A stretch of DNA of 64,000 nt from an uncultured virus (IMG/VR IMGVR_UViG_3300017754_000635). Its lineage: Duplodnaviria > Heunggongvirae > Uroviricota > Caudoviricetes. A program made the position numbers and the translations under genes. Shown here in pieces: positions 46,434-55,158 of this stretch. The notes below the pieces were generated by a model. The model did not search any database, was not told the origin of the DNA, and saw nothing but the letters and a program-made list of their open reading frames with translations. The stretch is from the IMG/VR virus record IMGVR_UViG_3300017754_000635. One strand, given 5' to 3'. Position 1 is the first letter of the stretch; each line of letters starts with the position of its first letter.

Positions 46434-47051
46434 ATGATTGATCCGGTAACAATTGGCTTGGCTGTTGCAGGGGTTAAGGCGGTTGTCACCGGAGTAAAGG
46501 AAGCCGCCGCTCTTGCCAAGGAAGCGTTCGATGAGATCAACGGCGCGGTAGAGTCAGGTAAAACGCTGGCTGATTCGATGTCGGGGGTCACCAAGTTCTT
46601 CTCGGCGGCGGGCAAGTACGAGACTAAGCGCAGCCAGCTTGAAGAAGCCAAGGTAGCGCAAGAAGCAGCGGTCGCTAAAGGTGAGCCTGTACCGGATTAT
46701 GTGTCTGATGCCGAGTACGTCATGGAGCTAATGATTATTGATCGTCAGATCAAGCAGTACTACGACAATATCAAGCATATTTTTACCTACCACTTCCAAG
46801 AAGCCGGGATGTGGGATGAGTTCTGGCAGCGCATGAATAAACTGCGCTCTGAGCGAGAAGCAAAAGCTGAAGCCGCCAGACAGGCTGAAACAGAAAAAAG
46901 GCTTGAGGCAAAACGTATTGAAATGAAGAAGCGCCGCGAACGGCAGCGCCTAATAGATGGTATTGAAGCAGTAGGTGCAGGTATCGTTATCGTCATTATT
47001 ATTTTGATGTTCTGCTGGGCTATATGGTGGATGTTTCAACAAGGAGGTTGA
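46434..47051 (+). CDS. membrane protein of the lysis region
   Basis: MIDPVTI N-terminus, coiled-coil, C-terminal TM. Confidence 0.6.
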   Translation: MIDPVTIGLAVAGVKAVVTGVKEAAALAKEAFDEINGAVESGKTLADSMSGVTKFFSAAGKYETKRSQLEEAKVAQEAAVAKGEPVPDYVSDAEYVMELMIIDRQIKQYYDNIKHIFTYHFQEAGMWDEFWQRMNKLRSEREAKAEAARQAETEKRLEAKRIEMKKRRERQRLIDGIEAVGAGIVIVIIILMFCWAIWWMFQQGG

Positions 47052-47052
47052 C

Positions 47053-47463
47053 ATGCTAGGACTAGACGCGCTGCTGGGTATCGGCGGCAAACTGATCGAC
47101 AAACTGATTCCTGACCCTGAACAGAAGGCCAAGGCGCAGTTAGAACTCGCCAAGATGGCGCAGGATGGTGAACTTGCCAAGATGGCAAATGAAACCGACT
47201 TGTACAAGACGGAGCAGAATAACCTGACCGAGCGGCTAAAGGCCGACATGGGTAGTGACAGTTGGCTGTCAAAAAATATCCGTCCGCTAACGCTTGTCTA
47301 CATCTTGGTGGCCTACATGGCACTCGCCATTCTTGACGCTGCGCTGGTTGACATTGCCGACTCGTTCGTAGAGCTGCTGGGGCAGTGGGGGATGCTTGTG
47401 ATGTCGTTTTACTTTGGCGGCAGAACGCTTGAGAAGATCATTGATATGCGGGCAAAGAAATGA
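47053..47463 (+). CDS. holin (3TM GTA-type)
   Basis: IDKLIPDP, SWLSKNIRPL and YFGGRTLEK; coupled to the endolysin. Confidence 0.8.
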   Translation: MLGLDALLGIGGKLIDKLIPDPEQKAKAQLELAKMAQDGELAKMANETDLYKTEQNNLTERLKADMGSDSWLSKNIRPLTLVYILVAYMALAILDAALVDIADSFVELLGQWGMLVMSFYFGGRTLEKIIDMRAKK

Positions 47464-47972
47464 AAGAAAACTTCAACGAAGCCCTTAAGGCCATTCTTAA
47501 ACACGAGGGTGGGTTCGTCAATCACCCGAAAGACCCCGGCGGCATGACCAATCTGGGCGTGACCAAAAAAGTCTGGGAAGAGTGGGTAGGCCACCCTGTT
47601 GACGAAAAGGCAATGCGCGCCCTGACACCCGAGGTGGTGGGTCCTATGTACAGGAAGAAGTATTGGGATGCTGTTAAGGCTGATGATCTGCCTGATGGTT
47701 TGGACTACCTGATGTTTGACTTCGCTATTAACGCGGGTCCCGGTCGTGCGATTAAGACCATGCAAAAAGCCATCGGTACCACGCCTGACGGCGCTATTGG
47801 TCCCAAGACCATGCAAGCATTAAAAGATGCCAATCAGAGCGAATTAGTGGCAAAATTCAGTGCAGAAAAGGAAGCGTTTTACCGCAGTCTGCCTACGTTT
47901 GCAACATTCGGTAAAGGGTGGCTGCGCCGCGTCGCCGAGGCTAAGACTCACGCTGAAACGATGATTGCCTAA
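47460..47972 (+). CDS. endolysin, glycoside hydrolase family 108 with PG-binding domain
   Basis: HEGGFVNHPKDPGGMTNLGVT, DGAIGPKT and FGKGWLRR. Confidence 0.92.
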   Translation: MKENFNEALKAILKHEGGFVNHPKDPGGMTNLGVTKKVWEEWVGHPVDEKAMRALTPEVVGPMYRKKYWDAVKADDLPDGLDYLMFDFAINAGPGRAIKTMQKAIGTTPDGAIGPKTMQALKDANQSELVAKFSAEKEAFYRSLPTFATFGKGWLRRVAEAKTHAETMIA

Positions 47973-47983
47973 AAGGAAATACG

Positions 47984-48700
47984 ATGCCAAGTACATACTC
48001 CCCCGATCTGCGGATCGAGCTAATTGCCAACGGTGAAAAATCCGGTACGTGGGGCACGATCACCAACGACAACCTCGGTGTCATTATCGAGGACGCTATC
48101 TCGGGCTTGGCATCGGTTTCCATCACGTCAGCAAACCAAGCACTGACAGCCCAGAACGGCGCAGTAGACCAAGCGCGGTGTGCAGCGGTTAGCCTGACCA
48201 CAACGACCACCGCCCCATTCAACGTCTACGTACCCCCGGTCACCAAGTTGTACGTAGTCACTAACCCATCAGGGTATACGGCAACAATCTATTGCTCAAC
48301 CGTCCTTGGTAATACCACAGCAGCAGGTACAGGCGTAGCTATCCCCACAGGCAAGTCAGTCTTGCTTCGTGCAGACGGCACCAACGTGGTGGAGCAGCTA
48401 AACCACATCACAGGCAACCTATCGATTGGCGGTACGCTAAACGTCACCGGCGCGGTGGCTGGCGCTAGTTTTACCGGACCACTGACAGGCAACGTCACAG
48501 GCAATGTGGCAGGTAATGTGACGGGCAATCTGACAGGCAACGTAGCCGCAGGTGCGGGGACAATTGCGACAACCAACTTCACCTTTACCGAAGTGGGCGG
48601 GGTGTTGTATCTGAAGAATGGCGCAACCAATATTTTGAAGATTGACTCGCTGGGCAATGTCACTGCTCTGGCTAACCTGACCGCCTACGGCACGGTGTAA
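47984..48700 (+). CDS. tail fibre protein
   Basis: GTWGTITN anchor; GNVT repeats. Confidence 0.7.
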   Translation: MPSTYSPDLRIELIANGEKSGTWGTITNDNLGVIIEDAISGLASVSITSANQALTAQNGAVDQARCAAVSLTTTTTAPFNVYVPPVTKLYVVTNPSGYTATIYCSTVLGNTTAAGTGVAIPTGKSVLLRADGTNVVEQLNHITGNLSIGGTLNVTGAVAGASFTGPLTGNVTGNVAGNVTGNLTGNVAAGAGTIATTNFTFTEVGGVLYLKNGATNILKIDSLGNVTALANLTAYGTV

Positions 48701-48702
48701 AT

Positions 48703-49578
48703 ATGGCGCTGCCCTCGTCTGGCCCGCTGGCGTTTACCAACATCCAAACTGAGTTTGGTGGCACGAATCCTATTGGTCTGAACGAATACTACCGGGGTGG
48801 TCCTTTTGTGCCGGTAAGCAGTAATACAACCACGATCCCGTCGTCAGGCACGATTGCGGCAAATAACTTCTACGGCACTGCCAAGCGGGTTGATGTTCCT
48901 TTGACCATCGGCTCACCAGTCTACAACTACGATGTATACACACAAGCCTCCGCAGCACCCAGTTATGTGGCAGGTATTTCAAATGTAAATGTCACAGTGT
49001 CCCCCGGCGTACAGGTAGGCAGCACTTCAACGGGCACATACGCCATGCTGGTGCCAAGCTCATTTAGCCCCGGCGATACAGTTGCCATTACCAACAACGG
49101 CGTTATCCAAGGTCGTGGCGGCGATGGAGGTGGTGGGCAGTTTGGTGCAAGCAACGGTAATCCCGGTGGTGGCGGAGGCAACGCACTGTACGTCAACCGT
49201 CCTGTGACCATTACGAACAATAGCGTCATCGCTGGTGGCGGCGGTGGTGGTGGCGCAGGTGCAGGTTTGACCCCCAATAAAGGCCCTTCTGATTGGGGTG
49301 GCGGTGGTGGAGGCGGTGCAGGCTTTGACGGTGGTTCTGGCGGCGGGGGGGGCTATCCCGGTGGTGGCGGTAATAGCAGCTCGGGTGGAGGCGGTGGTGG
49401 TGGCCCCGGACCCGGTGGACCGGGTGGTGGTAGAGGTGCTGCTGGAAGTAATGGTAGCCCGATTGGTGGTGCAAACCCACGTTCTGGAGGTCCCGGAGGC
49501 GGCGCTGGCTACTACATTATTGGTAATCCGTTTGTGACATGGGCGGCAACAGGAACGAGACAAGGGCCAGCGGGGTGA
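48703..49578 (+). CDS. glycine-rich adhesin (T-even gp38-like)
   Basis: GRGGDGG...NNSVIAGGGGGGG polyglycine motifs; MALPSSGPL...EFGG N-terminus. Confidence 0.7.
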   Translation: MALPSSGPLAFTNIQTEFGGTNPIGLNEYYRGGPFVPVSSNTTTIPSSGTIAANNFYGTAKRVDVPLTIGSPVYNYDVYTQASAAPSYVAGISNVNVTVSPGVQVGSTSTGTYAMLVPSSFSPGDTVAITNNGVIQGRGGDGGGGQFGASNGNPGGGGGNALYVNRPVTITNNSVIAGGGGGGGAGAGLTPNKGPSDWGGGGGGGAGFDGGSGGGGGYPGGGGNSSSGGGGGGGPGPGGPGGGRGAAGSNGSPIGGANPRSGGPGGGAGYYIIGNPFVTWAATGTRQGPAG

Positions 49579-49579
49579 T

Positions 49580-49921
49580 ATGGATAAAGTAAGAATGCGA
49601 ATTGTTGGGTACGACGACATCAGCCACTCGCTGGTAGTTTGTTTTGCGTCGGATACTACCAAGAGCCAAGACCCGATGGACTACCCAACCTATGCTTTTC
49701 AACCACTGACCATGTGGCCTGACGTGACAGACCCTAACGAAATCAAAAAGCGTATCGCTATGGCGGGGATGCACCACGCTCAGATGCAGGAAGCCAAGGA
49801 AAACTTTATTGCTGACCAACAGCGCGTCAACGCATTCAAGCAGATGGTAGGGCAAGTGCATGAGTTCACAGTCAACGAGTTGACCGTCGTGGCGCACGAG
49901 ACTCCATTTCAGGTGGTATGA
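49580..49921 (+). CDS. hypothetical protein (possible adhesin chaperone)
   Basis: Directly after the adhesin. Confidence 0.55.
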   Translation: MDKVRMRIVGYDDISHSLVVCFASDTTKSQDPMDYPTYAFQPLTMWPDVTDPNEIKKRIAMAGMHHAQMQEAKENFIADQQRVNAFKQMVGQVHEFTVNELTVVAHETPFQVV

Positions 49922-50394
49922 TGAGACGCAAACCCTACGCTGCATTTGGCCGCGTCCTATACGCAAACTACTACGACAAAGGCGATGTGGTCGAGGTGCA
50001 GACCAACGCTTCCAGCCGGATCGTATTGTTCTTCAGCGAGGGTAACTTCACGGCGCGGGACAAATACACAGGCGAAGTGCAGCTTCAGTGCAACACGGGT
50101 TGGTTCTCTTACGGCGACCATCAAGACCGACTGATGCTGTGTACTGCCAACGAGCCGACTGTGTGCTGGTGTTATGACCCGGAGATCAACCAAGGGTATG
50201 TGCCGCCCATTAGCGTGTTTGAAATGAAGCAGGGGCAGGAGATGTTCTTGGATTCAAATACAACGCTGTTCCTGTGCAAGGGCACCATGCTGGTTAACGA
50301 GCGCCAGTACATGGGTCCGTATCAGTTGGCGGTGCGTACTAACGGCAACAAAGCTGTGGCAATAACCGATGTCAACGGACTACTGTTTAGATGA
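49918..50394 (+). CDS. hypothetical protein (possible cupin-like beta fold)
   Basis: Coupled ORF, beta-rich. Confidence 0.5.
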   Translation: MMRRKPYAAFGRVLYANYYDKGDVVEVQTNASSRIVLFFSEGNFTARDKYTGEVQLQCNTGWFSYGDHQDRLMLCTANEPTVCWCYDPEINQGYVPPISVFEMKQGQEMFLDSNTTLFLCKGTMLVNERQYMGPYQLAVRTNGNKAVAITDVNGLLFR

Positions 50395-50921
50395 AACATG
50401 CGACGAAGCTGCCGATCAGTATTGATCTGTCCCCGTTCAGGGAAGAGCTTCTTGCGCCCCATCAAAAGTATTACCGTGTTCAGAAGTACGCCCGCAACTT
50501 AGACGGCACATCCATTCCTTACACTGAGACGCTGAGGGTTTTGAATGAAGCAGAATTTGTGGCGCAGCTACCAGAAGCGTTGGTTGCTATCGAATGGCCT
50601 AGCGTGTTCTTGCTTGAACTCCCTGCCTTGGATGCGCAAAACCCCGTGCTACCTGCACACGTAGACATCAACAAGACCTGCGGTATCAACGTCTATCTGC
50701 ATACGCATGGTGAAGTAACTAAGTTTTACCGATGGGGGCGAGATAGCCGACAGTCTGAGTATGTAGAAGAGTTCTGCGCAGACACTGGGGATGTGTGGCT
50801 GATGGATACATCGGTGCCGCATTCGGTGGACATGCTGCCTAATAAGTCACGCAGGATGCTGACGTTTTCCTTTACCAAGGCCAAGTATGCGGAGGTGCTT
50901 TCGTGCTTCGCAACCAGATAA
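50391..50921 (+). CDS. Fe(II)/2OG oxygenase-like protein
   Basis: HVD...WLMDTSVPHSV...RRMLTF. Confidence 0.65.
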   Translation: MKHATKLPISIDLSPFREELLAPHQKYYRVQKYARNLDGTSIPYTETLRVLNEAEFVAQLPEALVAIEWPSVFLLELPALDAQNPVLPAHVDINKTCGINVYLHTHGEVTKFYRWGRDSRQSEYVEEFCADTGDVWLMDTSVPHSVDMLPNKSRRMLTFSFTKAKYAEVLSCFATR

Positions 50922-51463
50922 TCCGGGACATAAAGGCGGACAACGGCAGAAGGCTTACGGTTTACGACAACGTATTGGATTTTGAGTTTCGCAATAGGGT
51001 GTACAACTTTGCGCAGAGTTCACTGTTCCAAATAGGCTGGGCGGACGGGTGCATCGTAGAGAATAAACAGCACAGGTTTTTGCACTCGGTGTATTCGGAC
51101 GAAGACTTGGCTCGGTTGGGAATATTGGAAAGGTTGGCAGAAACGCCGGTAGCGCAAGAAGTGGTGGGGTACAAGCGGACTAAGTGCATATTGAACCTGT
51201 CCACCCCAGCGGATGCCAACTTTGTGCATTCGCATCCAGAAGAAAAGATTTTGCTGTACTACGTCAATCTGGAATGGAAGGACGGATGGCATGGCGAGAC
51301 GCTGTTCTTTGATGAGTCGTGTAAGGACGTTGTGTACACAAGCCCGTATACACCGGGACGCATTATTGCTTTTGATGGGAGAACGCCGCACACCATCAGG
51401 CCGCAGTCGTTCTTGTCGCCGTTTTACAGATTTACCCTAACGCTGATCTACACAAAATGCTGA
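50903..51463 (+). CDS. Fe(II)/2OG oxygenase-like protein (HxH variant)
   Basis: VHSH, LLYYVN..W...WHGETLF, FDGRTPH and RFTL. Confidence 0.7.
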   Translation: MLRNQIIRDIKADNGRRLTVYDNVLDFEFRNRVYNFAQSSLFQIGWADGCIVENKQHRFLHSVYSDEDLARLGILERLAETPVAQEVVGYKRTKCILNLSTPADANFVHSHPEEKILLYYVNLEWKDGWHGETLFFDESCKDVVYTSPYTPGRIIAFDGRTPHTIRPQSFLSPFYRFTLTLIYTKC

Positions 51464-51942
51464 TCGTGTTGGATGACGTTTTAAGCGAGCCGCACCGACA
51501 GGCGGTAGTGGGTTTTTTCTCCCAAAGCGACGAGGCGCGGGCGATGAAGTGGGAGCCGGGTGGGGTAGACAAGTTACACGGTAATAACTCACCAATGGCG
51601 CTTTTGTTGAAACGGGCGGCTGATTATTTTGATTTGTCCTTGATGGTTGGCAGTGAATACTGGGCGCATTACGGAACCCGACCAGACTGGCATATTGACA
51701 GGGATGAGAAGCTGCACCAGATGTCGGGCAATACGGAGTGCCCGATTTGCAGCATTGTCTACTACGCCGACATTGACGTGGTGGGCGGCAACTTTGTAAC
51801 GGAGACGATCTCTGTGCAGCCAGTAACGAACAGGATGATTGTGTTTCCCCCCGGCTTGATGCATGGGGTGGAGAAATATACCGGGACGCGCTTATCGGTG
51901 GCTGTAAATCCGTGGGCGCATAAACCTTTGGGATACGTATGA
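51457..51942 (+). CDS. Fe(II)/2OG oxygenase
   Basis: WHID, GG, NRMIVFP...HGV...RLSVAVN. Confidence 0.75.
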   Translation: MLIVLDDVLSEPHRQAVVGFFSQSDEARAMKWEPGGVDKLHGNNSPMALLLKRAADYFDLSLMVGSEYWAHYGTRPDWHIDRDEKLHQMSGNTECPICSIVYYADIDVVGGNFVTETISVQPVTNRMIVFPPGLMHGVEKYTGTRLSVAVNPWAHKPLGYV

Positions 51943-52538
51943 TTATTGCAATACCGCCGCGCATGAACTACGGACAGGAGGAGATCGCCTTTTGGGACGG
52001 CTTTCTGACCGAGGAAGAGATCAACTTCCTTTTAGCCCAGCCTGAGTGGGTGCAGCGCGAGGCGGGTTGCGTTGGGGGTGTTGGCGGTGCAGTAGTTGAC
52101 CCAAGCATCCGGGAGACAAGTGTTGGCTGGATAGGGCCAAAGCCCGAGATGGAAGCTTTGTGGGGCAAGCTCTCCCGAGTAGTGGCAGAGGTCAACCGAC
52201 GCTACTTCCATTTTGATCTGACCGGCTTCCATGAGCCTATGCAACTGGGGGTTTACACCGGCGATACGGGTGGGCATTATGGCTGGCATACGGATGCGTC
52301 TTCGCAGGATTCTGGGGTGCCGCGCAAGCTGTCGATGGCGCTTCTATTGTCAGACCCGTCCGAGTTTGAAGGTGGTGAATTTCAGGTAAAGACAACGAAT
52401 GATGAAGCCAAGACGTTGGAGTCAAAGCGCGGCAGGGCTTGGTTCTTTCCGTCCTACACGTTGCATCGAGTGACCCCTGTGACCAAAGGCGTTCGGCGTT
52501 CGTTGGTGTTATGGGTCGGTGGCCCACCGTTTAAATAG
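51939..52538 (+). CDS. prolyl-4-hydroxylase/PKHD-type Fe(II)/2OG oxygenase
   Basis: WHTD, RKLS..LLLS...FEGGEF and FPSYTLHRVTPVTKGVRRSLV. Confidence 0.88.
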   Translation: MIIAIPPRMNYGQEEIAFWDGFLTEEEINFLLAQPEWVQREAGCVGGVGGAVVDPSIRETSVGWIGPKPEMEALWGKLSRVVAEVNRRYFHFDLTGFHEPMQLGVYTGDTGGHYGWHTDASSQDSGVPRKLSMALLLSDPSEFEGGEFQVKTTNDEAKTLESKRGRAWFFPSYTLHRVTPVTKGVRRSLVLWVGGPPFK

Positions 52539-52545
52539 GTCAACT

Positions 52546-54453
52546 ATGCCATTACAGAAATTACAATTTCGCCCCGGCGTAAACCGCGAAGGCACAACGC
52601 TTGCCAACGAGGGCGGCTGGTACGACTGCGACAAGATTCGGTTCCGCTCTGGCTACCCCGAGAAGATTGGCGGCTGGGCTGCGCTGTCGTACAACACGTT
52701 TCTTGGCGTGTGTCGGTCATTGTGGAATTGGGTAACACTTAAAAGCTACAACCTGCTGGGCGTTGGCACGAACCTGAAGTTCTATGTTGAAGACGGCGGT
52801 GATTACTACGACATCACACCCATACGCGAGATAAACGGCAACACCCCTTCTGCGGGGCCACCCGTAGTCAACGCCTCTACAATCACGCTTACTGCCAGCG
52901 GCACAACAATGACGGTGTCGGACAGCGCCGCAGATAGCCTACAGGCTAATGATTTTGTAACCATTGCCGGTGCCGGTACGATTGGCGGCGTGAACGTTAA
53001 TGGCGAATATCAAATTACGACCGTTACATCAGGCACTACTTACACAGTTACGCTAACTACACCAGCAACAGGGTCTAACTCTGCGGCAACAATTACAATT
53101 GCTTACCAGATCAATACAGGCTTTCCTATCTACACCATCGGTACTGGCTGGGGCACTGGTTCTTGGTCCCGTGGTACATGGGGTTCCGGCTTTACAACCG
53201 GCTTTGGTTTGCAATTGCGCCTCTGGAGTCAGTCTAATTTTGGTGAAGACCTTCTATTCTCACCACGCGGCGGCGCTCTTTACTTGTGGCAACCCGGTGC
53301 TGGGGCAACACCTGCATACGGTACTCGCGGTACTTTGATTTCTGGTTTGGATGTGCCGTCCCAGATTAACCAGATTATGGTGTCAGACACCTCACGGATT
53401 GTGATTGCGTTTGGCTGTAACGACTACGGCGCTTATGGCACAACCACCCAAGACCCCCTGCTTATCCGCTGGACAGAGCAAGAGAGCTATACAAACTGGA
53501 CTCCGGCGGCGACAAACCAAGCAGGTAGCTACCGCCTTTCACATGGCTCAGAAATTGTTGGCGCGATGCAGACTCGTCAAGAAATCGTGGTATGGACTGA
53601 CGCATCAATTTACTCAATGCAGTATCTTGGACCCCCGTTTGTCTACGGCTTCACACTGCTTGCCGACAACATCTCCATCGTCTCTCCCAACGCTATGGCA
53701 ACTGCTGCCGGTGTGGTGTACTGGATGGGGGTCGATAAGTTTTACATTTACTCTGGCCGTGTGGAGACACTGCCCTGCTCGGTGCGTCAGTTTATCTTCA
53801 ACGACATTAACCGTGACCAAGAAGCGCAGTTTAACGCTGGCACCAACGAGGGCTACTCAGAAGTCTGGTGGAATTACTGCTCCAAGAACTCGACTGTCGT
53901 AGACCGCTACGTCATCTTTAACTACCTTGACCGAGTCTGGTATTACGGTACGCTAGATCGTACGGCTTGGCTGGACTCACCGCTGCGTCAGTTCCCAATG
54001 GGGGCAACTGCTGGGAATATTATTGTGTTCCACGAAGCGGCGGTGGACGACGGTAGTACAAACCCACCCAGCCCAATCAATGCGTACATACAGTCGTCAG
54101 ACTTTGATATTGGTGACGGGCACAACTACGGGTTTGTTTGGCGTATCCTGCCCGATATTACGTTTGATGGGTCAGATACCACAGGTGCCACAAGCGACAA
54201 GCCGTTTGTCACGTTTACAGTGCGCCCACGTCAAAACCCCGGCTCTGCATACGGTGTGGCGGCAACCCCGAATGTGACCTCAGCGCAAAGCTACGCTGGG
54301 CAGACTACCTACACTGTGCAGCAGTTCACAGAGATTGTGTATAGCCGAGTGCGCGGCAGACAGATGGCATTTAAAGTTGAATCAGATTCAATCGGTACGC
54401 AGTGGCAGTTGGGTGTCCCCCGTATGGATGTTCGTCCGGATGGTAGAAACTAA
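52546..54453 (+). CDS. tail stabilisation / tail tubular B-like (nozzle) protein
   Basis: ~635-aa beta-propeller-like protein; position typical for podoviruses. Confidence 0.65.
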   Translation: MPLQKLQFRPGVNREGTTLANEGGWYDCDKIRFRSGYPEKIGGWAALSYNTFLGVCRSLWNWVTLKSYNLLGVGTNLKFYVEDGGDYYDITPIREINGNTPSAGPPVVNASTITLTASGTTMTVSDSAADSLQANDFVTIAGAGTIGGVNVNGEYQITTVTSGTTYTVTLTTPATGSNSAATITIAYQINTGFPIYTIGTGWGTGSWSRGTWGSGFTTGFGLQLRLWSQSNFGEDLLFSPRGGALYLWQPGAGATPAYGTRGTLISGLDVPSQINQIMVSDTSRIVIAFGCNDYGAYGTTTQDPLLIRWTEQESYTNWTPAATNQAGSYRLSHGSEIVGAMQTRQEIVVWTDASIYSMQYLGPPFVYGFTLLADNISIVSPNAMATAAGVVYWMGVDKFYIYSGRVETLPCSVRQFIFNDINRDQEAQFNAGTNEGYSEVWWNYCSKNSTVVDRYVIFNYLDRVWYYGTLDRTAWLDSPLRQFPMGATAGNIIVFHEAAVDDGSTNPPSPINAYIQSSDFDIGDGHNYGFVWRILPDITFDGSDTTGATSDKPFVTFTVRPRQNPGSAYGVAATPNVTSAQSYAGQTTYTVQQFTEIVYSRVRGRQMAFKVESDSIGTQWQLGVPRMDVRPDGRN

Positions 54454-55124
54454 TGGCTGGCAGAGACAAACTTGATGTCACGAAAGCCCCGGCGCTGCCG
54501 TTTGCGCCGGTTCAGTACGACCGCTCCTATTCCGACACTACCCACAACATCCTGCGGCAGTACTTCAATACGCTGGACAATGTAACAGGCCAGCTTCTGT
54601 CCAACGCGGGTGGGCACTACCTGACTTTCCCCCACATAGCGGCGCGGGACACTACGGATCAATACGCCACGGCAAATAACACGCCGACCAAGGTTCTGTG
54701 GAATACGCTGGACTCGGGACTTGGGTTTACCTTGAACCCAAATAGCACGGCAACGCCTGAGTACACAGGTGTGTACAACATCGAATTTACTTTACAATTT
54801 TTTAACACAGCTACCCAGATTCACGATGCGTATATCTGGCTGCGTATAGACAATGTGGATGTTGATGGGTCTGGCAGTATCTTCTCCATCCCAAACAGCC
54901 ACGGCGGCACCCCCGGTGCGCTGGCAGCAACAGCTAGTGTTACGTTTCAAATCACAGGTGGGGAAGAAGTGGCATTGTGGTGGGTAACTGATTTAGCGGC
55001 AACGTCAGGAGGGGTGAATGGTGTATACCTGCACGAAGCCCCAGCCCGAACCGTCCCATTTGCGATGCCCAGTATTCCTTCGGCCAGAGGGGCAATTACC
55101 TTTGTTAGTGGGGTAATCGCATGA
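54453..55124 (+). CDS. virion tail protein
   Basis: Coupled to the nozzle gene; C-terminal beta sandwich. Confidence 0.55.
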   Translation: MAGRDKLDVTKAPALPFAPVQYDRSYSDTTHNILRQYFNTLDNVTGQLLSNAGGHYLTFPHIAARDTTDQYATANNTPTKVLWNTLDSGLGFTLNPNSTATPEYTGVYNIEFTLQFFNTATQIHDAYIWLRIDNVDVDGSGSIFSIPNSHGGTPGALAATASVTFQITGGEEVALWWVTDLAATSGGVNGVYLHEAPARTVPFAMPSIPSARGAITFVSGVIA

Positions 55125-55158
55125 TAAACTTTGACAAATTTTTCAGGATGAGGTAGCG

